A stretch of DNA of 64,000 nucleotides, from NCBI GenBank assembly GCA_937936615.1, contig CALDDN010000007.1, forward strand, positions 4,029 to 68,028. The letters run 5' to 3'. Source of the stretch: an uncultured Bacteroidia bacterium. GTDB lineage: Bacteria > Bacteroidota > Bacteroidia > J057 > CALDDN01. The translations under genes were made by a program, and so were the position numbers. Under the pieces are notes generated by a model. It was not told the DNA's origin and searched no databases. It saw only the letters and a program-made list of their open reading frames with translations. Positions 44,123 through 53,762 of this stretch are shown here, piece after piece. Position 1 is the stretch's first letter, and each line of letters opens with the position of its first letter.

Positions 44123-45481
44123 TCAATTCCCACTGCGCCTGCGTTTGGGAGCCTGAAGTTCCGAAGCCAGAATCTGCCGCGTCCAGCGCGTAACCCCGTC
44201 CGCTCCCACGATATTGAGCGTCAGTACCCGCTCTTTGAGGGGGCCGCTCACTTCGATAAGGGCGAAGTTACGTTCACGCACGAACGTACCGGGCACACGC
44301 AGGGTATTGGCCTCCTGTTCGGCCTGAGGCCCGGGCACGCTCGAGGTCAGGGGCGAAATGGTCAGGTCGTGCAGCGGGTAGAAGTCGGCATCCTCGAGGC
44401 GGCTCAGTTCGCTGGTATGACGGTCGCCATCGAGAAACAGCACGCCCGAAATACCTTCGCGCTTGATCAGACGCAGCAGCTGGCTGCGTTCCTCGGGGCA
44501 GATGTTGGCATAGGTTTCGTGTACTTCGGCGGGGTTGAGCACCTGGCCACCTATGCAGATAAATTTGAACGTGGCCTTACTGCTGACCAGCGCATCGATC
44601 AGCCAGTTGAGCTGCTTTTTGCCCAGAATCGTACAGCGACCCGTGCGGCGTTTGTTGGGGCTGCGGAACCAGCGGTTGTCCAGGAGGAAGAACTCGCAGT
44701 CGGCCCAGGCAAACTGCGTGGTGATACCGTTGTAAGGTGTATCGAGGCCGACGGTGGGATTGGCCCAGAAATCGCGGAAGGCCTCCCAGGCATCGCGCTT
44801 GCGCAGGTAGCCGCGGTCTGAGTCGTTGGGGCCGTAGTCGTGATCGTCCCAGATGGCGTAATGGTGGCAGCTGCCGAGCAGAGGTTGCAGCTCGGGGAGG
44901 CTGCGGGCGTGGGTGTAGCGGTAGTAGATGCCGCTGCGGCTGTTCCAGTCGACCTCACGCAGGTAGATGTTGTCGCCCAGCCAGAGCATGAAGTCGGGCC
45001 GGAAGCGGTAAATGGTCGTAAAAATGGAGTCGCCACCGCCGTAGCCACGTCCGGGCCGGTCGTAGGGCGGATCGTTGGTGAAATTGCAGCTGCCAGCAGC
45101 AAAGCGAAAAGCAGGCGGATCGGTGCGGTGCATCCAGAGGGCCTGCGTCTGAAATTCCAGCGGGTAGGACCGGCGGACCGGTTTGCGGTTGACCAGCACT
45201 TCGTAGGCGTAGCGCGTGCCAGGCTCAAGTCCACCGATGGCTACCGTGGCCGTAAAAGCGCGATCGGCCCGGGTTTCGGCGGCGGGGCTGGTTCGGACTT
45301 GGGCTTTGTCGCCCAAAGGCCAGTAGCGAAAAGCCACCCGACACGGGCCGTCGGTCTGCACCCAGAGGGCTACCTCACGCAGGTCTGAATATCCCACCAT
45401 GGGGCCGGAGCGTACCTGCTGGGCGGCTACCGGTCCGGCCCCGAGCAGCAGCAGCCAAATAAACAAGAACGAAAACTTCAT
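44123..45481 (-). CDS. PhoD-like alkaline phosphatase/phosphodiesterase
   Basis: The ATG at 45481 gives MKFSFLFIWLLLLGAGPVAAQ, a signal peptide (452 aa). The N-domain has GPMVGYSDLREVALWVQT. Metallophosphatase motifs are FAAGSCNF, WLGDNIY, IWDDHDYGPND and LDGDRHTSEL. The 625-aa track ORF extension overlaps the next gene in another frame. Confidence 0.85.
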   Translation of the reverse strand: MKFSFLFIWLLLLGAGPVAAQQVRSGPMVGYSDLREVALWVQTDGPCRVAFRYWPLGDKAQVRTSPAAETRADRAFTATVAIGGLEPGTRYAYEVLVNRKPVRRSYPLEFQTQALWMHRTDPPAFRFAAGSCNFTNDPPYDRPGRGYGGGDSIFTTIYRFRPDFMLWLGDNIYLREVDWNSRSGIYYRYTHARSLPELQPLLGSCHHYAIWDDHDYGPNDSDRGYLRKRDAWEAFRDFWANPTVGLDTPYNGITTQFAWADCEFFLLDNRWFRSPNKRRTGRCTILGKKQLNWLIDALVSSKATFKFICIGGQVLNPAEVHETYANICPEERSQLLRLIKREGISGVLFLDGDRHTSELSRLEDADFYPLHDLTISPLTSSVPGPQAEQEANTLRVPGTFVRERNFALIEVSGPLKERVLTLNIVGADGVTRWTRQILASELQAPKRRRSGN

Positions 45482-45560
45482 GCGGGCAATATAGGGCCTG
45501 CAGTCCAATTTCATGTTAAGCCCGGGTAGTGTCGATGTTAAGCCGGCGAGAAACACCTGC

Positions 45561-46136
45561 TCAGTACACAGCTGCACCGACAATCCGCACCCGAAAATCG
45601 ATTCCCAGCAGCGCAACAACGGTGCGTTCGTCGAGGGTGTGGCGCAGGTAGCGGCCCTGCCCGTCGAAATCGACCTCCAGGGTCTGGTAAACATCGTAGA
45701 GGAAGCTGCTGAAATGGTAGCGGCTGCAGATGCGACGCAGCTGGCGGTTTTCGTAGCCGATGTCCTGCTCGAGGAGGTCGGTAGGGGCAGCCTGGGGCTT
45801 GCGTCTGGCCCGCCAGAGGCTGCCCACCTGTTCGATCTGAAACTCACCCCGAAGCCGCGGATCAAAAACGGCCTGCTTGAGAGCCGGCTCCAGCTCATGG
45901 GCAAGGCGCGTCTCGCTGCGCTCGGAGCGCAGGAGTCCCTGAGCCTGGGGCCGGAAGCGGAGGGTCTCGCGCCGGCCGGACTCTTCGACGGTTTTGTCAA
46001 AGGCCCGCAGTTCGCGCTGCGAGCGATCGAGCTGGCGACGCAAAGCCGCCCGCAAGCTGTCGGCCTGCAGCTGTGCGGAAGCCAGCAGCGGCAGCAGACC
46101 CAGAATTACTGCAAGGGCACGCATCGCCAGATTCAA
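45561..46136 (-). CDS. secreted hypothetical protein
   Basis: 191 aa. MNLAMRALAVILGLLPLLASAQ is a signal peptide. The start overlaps the stop of the upstream gene by 4 nt (46133-46136). I recognised no family. Confidence 0.5.
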   Translation of the reverse strand: MNLAMRALAVILGLLPLLASAQLQADSLRAALRRQLDRSQRELRAFDKTVEESGRRETLRFRPQAQGLLRSERSETRLAHELEPALKQAVFDPRLRGEFQIEQVGSLWRARRKPQAAPTDLLEQDIGYENRQLRRICSRYHFSSFLYDVYQTLEVDFDGQGRYLRHTLDERTVVALLGIDFRVRIVGAAVY

Positions 46137-47362
46137 TACTCCCAGTAGCGGAAACGTTCCGTTTGGTCGAAAAGGGTTTGCAGCAGCCGGCGCAGGGGGG
46201 GCTCCAGGCGGCGATCGCGGCGACTCATCATCCGGTCGATGGTCTCAAAAGCCGCCTCGAGGCGGTAGGTTTCCAGCCGCTCGCCCTGCCCCCAGCTGAA
46301 GGAGGGCACAAATTTGGGCGGAAGTTCCGCCCCGAAGAGGTTGCAGCAGACCCCTACGACGGTACCCGTATTGAAGAGGGTCTGGATGCCGGCCCGCGAG
46401 AAGTCGCCCATCGTCAGCCCGCAGAACAGCAGCCCCGTATCCTCGTACTTCTGGGTCAGGTGGCTGTAAAGGCGCACGGTCGAGTAGTTGTTTTTCAGAT
46501 TCGAGCACGTGCTACCCGCGCCCAGGTTGCACCATTCGCCGATGATTGAATTGCCCAAAAAGCCGTCGTGCGACTTGTTGCTCAAGCCCTGAAAGACCGA
46601 GTTCGAAACTTCGCCGCCGACCTTGCAGCCCGGCCCCAGGGTGGTATCGCCCCGCAAGCGGGCACCCATCTGCACGGTCGAACCTGCACCAATCGCATGT
46701 GCCCCGTGAATCATGGCTCCCTCCATAATCTGTACCTCGGGGCCAATGTAAATCGGGCCATCCTCGGCATTGAGCACAGCAGCGCGAATCTTCACCCCCT
46801 CGCCCACCCAGACATTCTCAGGCGCATAGACCACCGTATGCGGGTCGGTGATGGGTTGCGAAGGCTGGCGGGCGGCTAGATCCGGTACATCGAGGCGCAG
46901 CTGCTCGCCGTTGAGCGTGAAGAGGTCGGTCAGCTGGGCGATTCTGCGCAGCCGCCGGTAGTCGGGCACTTCGAACAGCGATACATGAATGGGCAGCGTC
47001 GACAGGTCGATGAAGCCCGATCCATGCTGCTCGAGCCAGGCGGCCGAAGTACGGAAAGCAATCAGTTCGTCGGGCGGATGAAAAAAGCCCTGATTGAACT
47101 GCAGGTCTTTGATCAGGCGGCCGACCAGGTAGGAATCGGGCAGGTAGCGTCCATTGATGAAGACCGTATCCTCGGTCAGCAAAGGCCGCTCCGCATCCTG
47201 AAGCAGAGGATTGTGGGGCAGGCCCTGCACCGGCTGCCCCAGCAGCCGCGACCATTTTTCCTCGATTCGATCGACTCCCAGGCGCAGGCTGTAGACCGGC
47301 CGCGTATAGGTCAGGGGCAGAAATCGACTGCTAAGGGCATCTTCGAATAGGATGTACTGCAT
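46133..47362 (-). CDS. GlmU-like sugar nucleotidyltransferase with left-handed beta-helix (hexapeptide) domain
   Basis: The ATG at 47362 gives MQYILFEDALSSRFLPLTYTRPVYSLRLG. Hexapeptide repeats occur in the C-terminal half (GAMIHGAHAIGAGSTVQMGARLRGDTTLGPGCKVGGEVSNSVF). Confidence 0.75.
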   Translation of the reverse strand: MQYILFEDALSSRFLPLTYTRPVYSLRLGVDRIEEKWSRLLGQPVQGLPHNPLLQDAERPLLTEDTVFINGRYLPDSYLVGRLIKDLQFNQGFFHPPDELIAFRTSAAWLEQHGSGFIDLSTLPIHVSLFEVPDYRRLRRIAQLTDLFTLNGEQLRLDVPDLAARQPSQPITDPHTVVYAPENVWVGEGVKIRAAVLNAEDGPIYIGPEVQIMEGAMIHGAHAIGAGSTVQMGARLRGDTTLGPGCKVGGEVSNSVFQGLSNKSHDGFLGNSIIGEWCNLGAGSTCSNLKNNYSTVRLYSHLTQKYEDTGLLFCGLTMGDFSRAGIQTLFNTGTVVGVCCNLFGAELPPKFVPSFSWGQGERLETYRLEAAFETIDRMMSRRDRRLEPPLRRLLQTLFDQTERFRYWEY

Positions 47363-47409
47363 GAAGGACAGTGGCTGCTCAGAAAAAGGTAGAATCAGAG
47401 AACAAGGCG

Positions 47410-48888
47410 TCAACGGGGTCGACCGGTGGCACCTGGCGTGGTATCCTTGAACTGGTCGTAGAGCTGGTCGCTGCCTTCGAGGCTGTAGTCATGATCGTGG
47501 CGACGCATGATGTTGGCCCGCCAGTTGGCGTTGTACATCTCTCCGTTGAGGGTGGAATGATGCAGGCGGTATTCATTGGTGGCCAGATCACGGTCGATAA
47601 ACACGAAGATAACTCCCGACTGGTTGCGCAGGCGGTTATAGGTCCAGATTTCATACGGGAGCTTGTCGGTATCGGTCGGGAACGGCTGCACATCGTCGGG
47701 CTGGCCATAAGTGAGGAGTACGCGTCCGCGGTCGGTTCGCCATCCCGGGCGTGTGCTGGCTTTGAACCGTCGGTTGGCGTAGTCGAAGCGGTTGCGGTAA
47801 ATCTGCCACGCCCGAGCAGGCTGATTGGGATCGGTTTGCCGTTTGAGCCAGAAGTGGTAGAAGAACTTGCGCTTGTCGTCGTAGTTCACCAGCGCGTGAC
47901 GCATGCGCCGTTCCTCGTCGGTGTTGATGTACTCGAGGGCATCGAGGTAGACATCGAGCTGCTTTTCATCGTAGCCGTAGAGAACATCGTAAAGAGCCAG
48001 GGCACGGTCTTCGTCGGGCAGGCGGGCATCGAGTACGCTGTTGTAAGCAAAGAACCGCCGCTGAGTGCGATGGCGCACCTCGCCATCGGGACCGATCAGC
48101 TCGATATGCAGCGCGTAAGTCTGTGAGGGCAGCTGGCGCAGGTCGTAGGCGTAATGAAAAACATTGATGGCTTCGGAGGGGCGCATGCGGGTGCGCCGTT
48201 CGGTGCCTTCGAGGGGTTCGCTGCGCTGGGCCTCGGTCAGGTAGAATCGCAGAGCGTGCTTGCCTTTGCCAAAAAGGCGGTCGGCATCGTAGTATTCCAC
48301 ATAAAAGCGCAGGCTGTCGGCATCGAGAAAGACATCGTCGGCCACATAAGGCTTGAAGCGCAAACCGTGCTTGGTGAAAGGGTCTCCCTCGATGGCCGGT
48401 TCCACGGATTCGAGCCAGACGATATCGCTGAAGGGCAGGCGATCGGGCGGGGGCACGTCGAAGTCGCGAATGAGCTTGGTCGTCGAAGCCGAATCGGTCT
48501 GGGCATCGCGCACTTCGACCGTCAATCGCATCGAGTCGGGCTGGACTGCAAAGCGGAAGCCCTGAATGAGATAAAATCGGCGAGTCGTTCGCTGGGTGTC
48601 GGGCAGTTCAGGGCTGTTGAGGTAGAAATCTTCCACAAAAGGCTCACCCCGACCCGAGCGGGCCTCGCAGCGGATTTTTACATGGGTACGGGCCTTCCAG
48701 CGGTTGGGAGCCAGCTCGCGGTAGGTCAGGTTGGAGGCATCGACCGCCAGCTGAATCTCGACATAAGGTCCCTTGCTGTCGCGAAAAACAAGGGCATCGG
48801 CGTAAAGCGAAACAACTACACGCTCGGCACGGGCCTGAGCAGCCCATAAGAACAGAACAGCAAGTACAGACAGAAAGCTCAGTCGCAT
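47410..48888 (-). CDS. GWxTD domain-containing secreted protein
   Basis: The ATG at 48888 gives MRLSFLSVLAVLFLWAAQARA (492 aa). The C-terminal motif is GWRTDRGRVLLTYGQPDD. The upstream 296 codons of the 788-aa track ORF are antisense to meaB. Confidence 0.8.
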   Translation of the reverse strand: MRLSFLSVLAVLFLWAAQARAERVVVSLYADALVFRDSKGPYVEIQLAVDASNLTYRELAPNRWKARTHVKIRCEARSGRGEPFVEDFYLNSPELPDTQRTTRRFYLIQGFRFAVQPDSMRLTVEVRDAQTDSASTTKLIRDFDVPPPDRLPFSDIVWLESVEPAIEGDPFTKHGLRFKPYVADDVFLDADSLRFYVEYYDADRLFGKGKHALRFYLTEAQRSEPLEGTERRTRMRPSEAINVFHYAYDLRQLPSQTYALHIELIGPDGEVRHRTQRRFFAYNSVLDARLPDEDRALALYDVLYGYDEKQLDVYLDALEYINTDEERRMRHALVNYDDKRKFFYHFWLKRQTDPNQPARAWQIYRNRFDYANRRFKASTRPGWRTDRGRVLLTYGQPDDVQPFPTDTDKLPYEIWTYNRLRNQSGVIFVFIDRDLATNEYRLHHSTLNGEMYNANWRANIMRRHDHDYSLEGSDQLYDQFKDTTPGATGRPR

Positions 48889-48981
48889 GGATGCAGGGCG
48901 CGGCAGGCAGCCCATGTGATAAATATACACATTTTGACCCGAAATCAAGCCCCAATGCCCAGCCCCGCTAGATTTGCAAGC

Positions 48982-49989
48982 ATGCCCACCCCGATACCAT
49001 CGTCCCACTGGCCCGCCGTAGACGAATGGGCCGCTCATGTGCTGGCCGGTCGGGTCGACTGGCTGGCCCGTGCCCTCTCGCTGGTCGAAAACCGCCGCCC
49101 CGAGGCGCAGGAACGGGCGCAGCAAATCCTCCAGCGGCTGTTGCCCCACACGGGGCATGCCCTGCGCGTGGGGCTTTCGGGTGCCCCGGGAGTGGGCAAA
49201 AGCTCGTTCATCGAAGCTTGGGGGGTTCACCGCGCCGAGACAGGCCAGCGGGTAGCCGTGCTGGCCATCGACCCCTCGAGCAGCCGCAGCCGTGGCAGCA
49301 TCCTGGGCGACAAAACCCGCATGAACCGCCTTTCGACCCACCCCCGCGCCTTTGTACGGCCCTCGGCAGCCGGAACGACCCTGGGGGGCGTGGCCCGCGC
49401 CACCCGTGAAAGCCTGCTTCTGTGCGACGCGGCGGGCTTCGATCTCATCATTCTGGAAACGGTCGGGGTGGGCCAGTCCGAAACACTTGCGGCAGGCATG
49501 GTCGATGCGTACGTGGTGCTGCTGCAGGCGGGCGGGGGCGACGAGCTGCAGGGCATCAAACGCGGCATCCTCGAACTGGCCGACCACGTGCTCATCACCA
49601 AGGCCGATGGCGCAAACCTCGAAGCGGCCCGGCGGGCAGCAGGCGAGTTCCGCTCGGCCTTTCAGTACTTCCCGCCCCAGGACGACGGCTGGCGGCCCGA
49701 AGTAGCCCTCTGCTCGGCAGCCGAGGGAACCGGACTGGCCGAATTCGATGCCCGCCTGGCCCAGCTCGAAGCCCACCGCCGACAGGCCGGCAGCTGGGAA
49801 AGCCGCCGCCTGGCCCAGCGGATCGCCTGGTTCGAGGAAGCTACAGGCCAGCTGCTAGCCGACCTCATCGATTCCGACACCCAGCTGCGGGCACAGCGCG
49901 AGAGCCTGCGGCGAGCAGTCGAACGACGGGAACTGACGCCCTGGCAGGCAGCTCGTCAACTGGTGCAGGGTATTCGGGGCAAGCTGTGA
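48982..49989 (+). CDS. meaB: methylmalonyl-CoA mutase accessory GTPase (MeaB/ArgK)
   Basis: The P-loop is GLSGAPGVGKSSFIEA. Other motifs are DLIILETVGVGQSE and ITKADG. The start may instead be the ATG at 48955. Confidence 0.85.
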   Translation: MPTPIPSSHWPAVDEWAAHVLAGRVDWLARALSLVENRRPEAQERAQQILQRLLPHTGHALRVGLSGAPGVGKSSFIEAWGVHRAETGQRVAVLAIDPSSSRSRGSILGDKTRMNRLSTHPRAFVRPSAAGTTLGGVARATRESLLLCDAAGFDLIILETVGVGQSETLAAGMVDAYVVLLQAGGGDELQGIKRGILELADHVLITKADGANLEAARRAAGEFRSAFQYFPPQDDGWRPEVALCSAAEGTGLAEFDARLAQLEAHRRQAGSWESRRLAQRIAWFEEATGQLLADLIDSDTQLRAQRESLRRAVERRELTPWQAARQLVQGIRGKL

Positions 49990-50288
49990 GCTGCTTGGCC
50001 GATCCGATAAATTTTATTCCCATTACCGGGTAGATAACAAAAATTCATTGCCTGCAAACCTGCATGGGAAGATAAAATCCCAGGTCCTATCTGGCCCATA
50101 TGAACTGCCCGGCACTCAAGGGAAGAAAGCGTATCAATTATCAATTATTAGGGGCTGTAAAAAATAGATGCGGAACAGCAGCTGCCGGGCGGGTGATGGC
50201 GAGCCTGACCCAAAAACTTTACAAGCCCGCGATTCCATGATCGGAGCGGCCGAAAGGCAAGTCCAAAACGCCTGAACCCAATGCAAGC

Positions 50289-51158
50289 CTAGATCAGGCG
50301 GTAGTTACGGTATTCGCCGATGTGCCAGCCGGTATGGCGGGCAATTGCCATGAGGAGGCGGTCTTTAAGAGCCAGACGGATGCGGTTTTCGTCGTGCTCG
50401 AAGGGCCAGTTGAGGCGGGCGATGCGCTCGTGCATGACTGCTGGATGCGTGCCCCGGTAGCGCGTCAGGGCATCGATGTTGGTGTAGTCGAATTCCTCAG
50501 GATGCGTAAAGCGTTGGGCTACGGTCTGCTCATCGTGCCAGTAGCCCGCAAAGTGTGTCCGATACTGGCTCTGGATGCGGGGTGGACGCACCATGCCGTA
50601 GTGATAGACATAGGCATCGAGGAGCTTGACCCGCAACTTGCGGCCATTGAGCCGGAAACCTTGAGCATCTTTCCACGACCGGATGGCCGGGTTGTGGCGA
50701 ACAATGCGGATTTCGTGGCGGTACCAGCGGCGCGAACTGCCCACGTAGTCGTACGTGCCATAAAAATGCCGGTATTTGAAGAGCAGCCCTTCGACCCGGG
50801 AATCGTCTTTCCATTGGTTCATGGCCTCGCGGATGCTTTCGTAGTCCTCCTCGTGCAGGCACTCGTCGCCCTGAATGTAAATGCACCAGGCGTGGCGGCC
50901 CTGCAGGGCATCGAAGGCCTTGTTGGTCTCGTCGGCGAGCACGGCACCGCCGGTGCGCAAATCGGGGTTCCAGACGGTGGGCAGCAACCGGAGCTTGGGG
51001 CTGTCGATCCGACGCAGGTAGTCTTCGGTGCCGTCGTCCGAGTCGCCCACAGCCACCACAAACTCATCGACCAGGGGCAAAACCGAGCGGATGGCCTCTA
51101 GGATCGGGTAGTCGTAGCGGACGGCGTTGCGAATAAGGCTGAACCCTCCAACAGTCAT
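50289..51158 (-). CDS. family 2 glycosyltransferase
   Basis: 289 aa. The N-terminal GT-A pattern is FSLIRNAVRYDYPILEAIRSVLPLVDEFVVAVGDSDDGTEDYL. Confidence 0.75.
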   Translation of the reverse strand: MTVGGFSLIRNAVRYDYPILEAIRSVLPLVDEFVVAVGDSDDGTEDYLRRIDSPKLRLLPTVWNPDLRTGGAVLADETNKAFDALQGRHAWCIYIQGDECLHEEDYESIREAMNQWKDDSRVEGLLFKYRHFYGTYDYVGSSRRWYRHEIRIVRHNPAIRSWKDAQGFRLNGRKLRVKLLDAYVYHYGMVRPPRIQSQYRTHFAGYWHDEQTVAQRFTHPEEFDYTNIDALTRYRGTHPAVMHERIARLNWPFEHDENRIRLALKDRLLMAIARHTGWHIGEYRNYRLI

Positions 51159-51303
51159 AGGGGCGCAGGGGCTGGAGCAGCCCCCCGATTTATAATGAGG
51201 ATATGCACACCGGAGCCTGGACGTGAGTAAAGCCCGTCGGTGTTGGCGATGCTAAATTCGTAATATTGCGCAGGCAGAATAAAGTCTGCAAAACTACGGC
51301 CGG

Positions 51304-52140
51304 ATGTCCATACAGGCGCACTTGAGCGAAGCCTACGACGCGGCGTCAGTCGCCCATTACGACCTGCGCATGCTCGTACATACTGCCGTTGTCGAATACG
51401 TGCTTCTGGATCGGCAAGCTCGGGTGGTGGCCTTCAAAAGCTTTCCCAATTCGGAACGGAGCCTGCTGCCGACTTTTCTGGAAGCGACCCACCGGAACGA
51501 CCCCATCCTGCGATCGGAGGGTTTTCGGTCGGTTACCTGCTTCACGCCAGCCCCCAGCTGGCTGCTGCTGCCTGATGACCACTTCCGGCCCGATGCGGGC
51601 GAATACCTGCTGGAGCAGGTCTGCGACTACGAAACGAGCTTCCACAGCACCCGCCACACCCCCGTCGCCGAGGCAGGCCTGCACGTAAGCTATGCGCTGG
51701 ACGTCGACCTCGAGGACGCCTGCCGCCGCATCTTTGCCGCCAGCCAAGTCGATCACCTGCTCGCCGAACTGATTCGCAAAGGTCTGCGCATTCTCAAAGC
51801 CTCGGGCCTGCCGCTCGTGTGTTGGATGCATCTGACTTACGATTCGTTTGTCTACCTGATTTTGAGAGGCAATCGCCTGATCTTCTGCAACCAGTACCCC
51901 ATGTACGCGGCCGAAGATGTCGTCTATTTCATTCTGCGGGTCAACATGGCCCTACAAATCGCCACCGATGAGGTCAGCAGCCTGGTTACCGGCAATTCGC
52001 CCTTCAACAAAGGCGTTGTAGCCGCCCTGAGCGGCTATTTCGGGGGAGCACTCAACGTAGACCACCTTTACGAACTGCGCCTGCCCGGCGATCTGCAGGT
52101 AGCCAACTGCCTGCATCTGCTGCCCGAAATCGTGCTTTAG
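51304..52140 (+). CDS. DUF3822-like protein
   Basis: 278 aa. Its position immediately upstream of rsmD and its general pattern match my memory of the Bacteroidota DUF3822-rsmD pair. This assignment is weak. Confidence 0.6.
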   Translation: MSIQAHLSEAYDAASVAHYDLRMLVHTAVVEYVLLDRQARVVAFKSFPNSERSLLPTFLEATHRNDPILRSEGFRSVTCFTPAPSWLLLPDDHFRPDAGEYLLEQVCDYETSFHSTRHTPVAEAGLHVSYALDVDLEDACRRIFAASQVDHLLAELIRKGLRILKASGLPLVCWMHLTYDSFVYLILRGNRLIFCNQYPMYAAEDVVYFILRVNMALQIATDEVSSLVTGNSPFNKGVVAALSGYFGGALNVDHLYELRLPGDLQVANCLHLLPEIVL

Positions 52141-52167
52141 GTACCTTGGCCTTTCGTTGGGGCTGCC

Positions 52168-52713
52168 ATGAGTTCCGTACGCATCATCACGGGCCGGTAC
52201 CGCGGCCGCAAATTGGAACCGCCCGCCCAGCCGGGCCTGCGCCCCACCACCGATACCGCCCGCGAGGGCCTGTTCAGCCGCCTGTCCACCTACTTCAACT
52301 GGCCCGAGGTGCACGCACTCGATCTATTTGCCGGTACGGGGGTGCTGGGCCTGGAGGTGTTGAGCCGAGGCGGAGCGCACCTCGTTTCGGTTGAACAGAA
52401 CCGTACCTTGATCCGAGCCATGCAGCAGGTGCGGCAGACCTGGCCCGTACCCGACTGGGAGATCGTACAGGCCGATGCGGCCCGCTGGCTCGTGCAATGT
52501 GGGCGCAGCTTCGATTTAATCCTGATGGACCCGCCCTACAGCCGGCCCGACAAACCGGCCCTGATCGAAGCCGCTCTACAAGGAAAACTGCTGACAGCAG
52601 ACGGCCTGCTGGTGCTGGAACATGCCACTCACGAATCGTTTGCCGATCTGGCCGGCTTCTGCGACAGTCGGCATTATGGACTGGTTGCCTTCAGTTTTTT
52701 TGAGCCGATCTGA
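52168..52713 (+). CDS. rsmD: 16S rRNA (guanine966-N2)-methyltransferase
   Basis: 181 aa. Motifs are RIITGRYRGRKL, DLFAGTGVLGLEVLSRGG and MDPPY. Confidence 0.85.
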   Translation: MSSVRIITGRYRGRKLEPPAQPGLRPTTDTAREGLFSRLSTYFNWPEVHALDLFAGTGVLGLEVLSRGGAHLVSVEQNRTLIRAMQQVRQTWPVPDWEIVQADAARWLVQCGRSFDLILMDPPYSRPDKPALIEAALQGKLLTADGLLVLEHATHESFADLAGFCDSRHYGLVAFSFFEPI

Positions 52714-52748
52714 AGGGCATTAACCTCATTTTACTTTATAAAATAAAT

Positions 52749-52788
52749 CTTATTTAGAACTTATTTAGAATAACCCAGTCTAAATAAG
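52749..52788. repeat. CTTATTTAGA direct repeat x2 plus inverted copy (hairpin between convergent genes)
   Basis: Direct copies lie at 52749-52758 and 52760-52769, and the inverted copy TCTAAATAAG at 52779-52788. The second direct copy and the inverted copy form a 10-bp stem. The structure ends 1 nt before the stop codon of the minus-strand gene. Confidence 0.6.
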
Positions 52789-52789
52789 C

Positions 52790-53728
52790 TTACCACAAGT
52801 ATCCATTCTGGGCAGGAGCAGGCTTTGTTGCCTGTTCACCCAGCAGTTCCCGCACTTCCGATTCGAAGACCTCACACAGGTAGGTCAAGGGTACGTCCGT
52901 TATGCGGTTGGCGAACGGCTCTTCCAGGGATTGCCCCGTGCGGTCGAGCGTCGAAAAGGTAGCCGCAATCAACACCGTGAGAGGTGTCAGCCACACATAG
53001 CCCGCCGCGCTGGCGGGCAAAAGGCTCAGCAAGCCGAAAGGCAGCAGCAGAATAAACAGCCAGACAAGTACGCGGGTAAAAAAGGCATACTGGCGTGGCA
53101 AAGGGGTATCGGCGAGCTTCTCGCAGGCAGCCTGGGCAGCTCCACAGGCGGCCAAGGGCGGCTCCAGTACGATGCCATCGAACGCTCCCAGCAGGTTATG
53201 GGCCATGGCTTCTTTCACGCGCAGCCCCTGACGGTGCAGGATGTAAACCGGCGGATTGCTGAAACGCTGTAACTGGACCAGCTCGTCGGGCGACACCAAC
53301 GCGGCCAAGCCATCGTCGCGGCCGGCCTGGCGCAGCTGGACCCGTAAAGCTTGGGCGAAGGCGACCTGCCGCAGCAGCATTTCGCGGCAAAAAGCCCCTG
53401 CGGCTGCTTCAGTTGCTTTGTCGGCTAAAACCTGGCCTTGGGTACACGCTACGATTTGACGGGCAAAAATCCGGCTGGCCGTTAACAGACTGGCCCACTG
53501 GCTGCGGGCCTCCCACCAGCGGTTGTAGGCGGCGTTGTTGCGGAAGGCCACAAAGATGGCTAAGGCTGAACCCAACAGCCCGACCGTCGCAAAAGGCAAG
53601 GCAGGCACTGCCCCGGGCGCAATCCACCCCCCGACCGAAAGGGCGGCACCCAGCCCAGCGGCTAGACTCACCTCGCGGTAGATGTAGCTCCAGACCCGTA
53701 GCGGATTGAAAACATTTTTTATTATCAT
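52790..53728 (-). CDS. bestrophin-family (UPF0187/YneE-like) anion channel
   Basis: 312 aa. AIFVAFRNNAAYNRWWEARSQW is the characteristic motif, and four hydrophobic segments are present. Confidence 0.85.
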   Translation of the reverse strand: MIIKNVFNPLRVWSYIYREVSLAAGLGAALSVGGWIAPGAVPALPFATVGLLGSALAIFVAFRNNAAYNRWWEARSQWASLLTASRIFARQIVACTQGQVLADKATEAAAGAFCREMLLRQVAFAQALRVQLRQAGRDDGLAALVSPDELVQLQRFSNPPVYILHRQGLRVKEAMAHNLLGAFDGIVLEPPLAACGAAQAACEKLADTPLPRQYAFFTRVLVWLFILLLPFGLLSLLPASAAGYVWLTPLTVLIAATFSTLDRTGQSLEEPFANRITDVPLTYLCEVFESEVRELLGEQATKPAPAQNGYLW

Positions 53729-53762
53729 ATTTTAATTCATTTAAATAAAATCTTTAGAGCCA

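Noticed and set aside
47410-49776. A 788-aa ORF would extend the GWxTD gene upstream.
   Set aside because: The N-terminal 296 aa or so are antisense to meaB and are Gly/Arg/Ala-rich with no homology pattern. An internal ATG at 48888 gives a proper signal peptide. The same type of over-extension was trimmed for 1359-2117 (dps), 44123-46000 (phoD-like) and 53763-55046 (DUF481-like).
49990-50288. A 300-bp convergent intergenic gap between meaB and the GT2 gene was examined for an sRNA or SRP-like RNA.
   Set aside because: I could find no convincing stem-loop-plus-U-tract terminator and no conserved SRP, 6S or tmRNA strings. The only feature is a short ATCAATT tandem.
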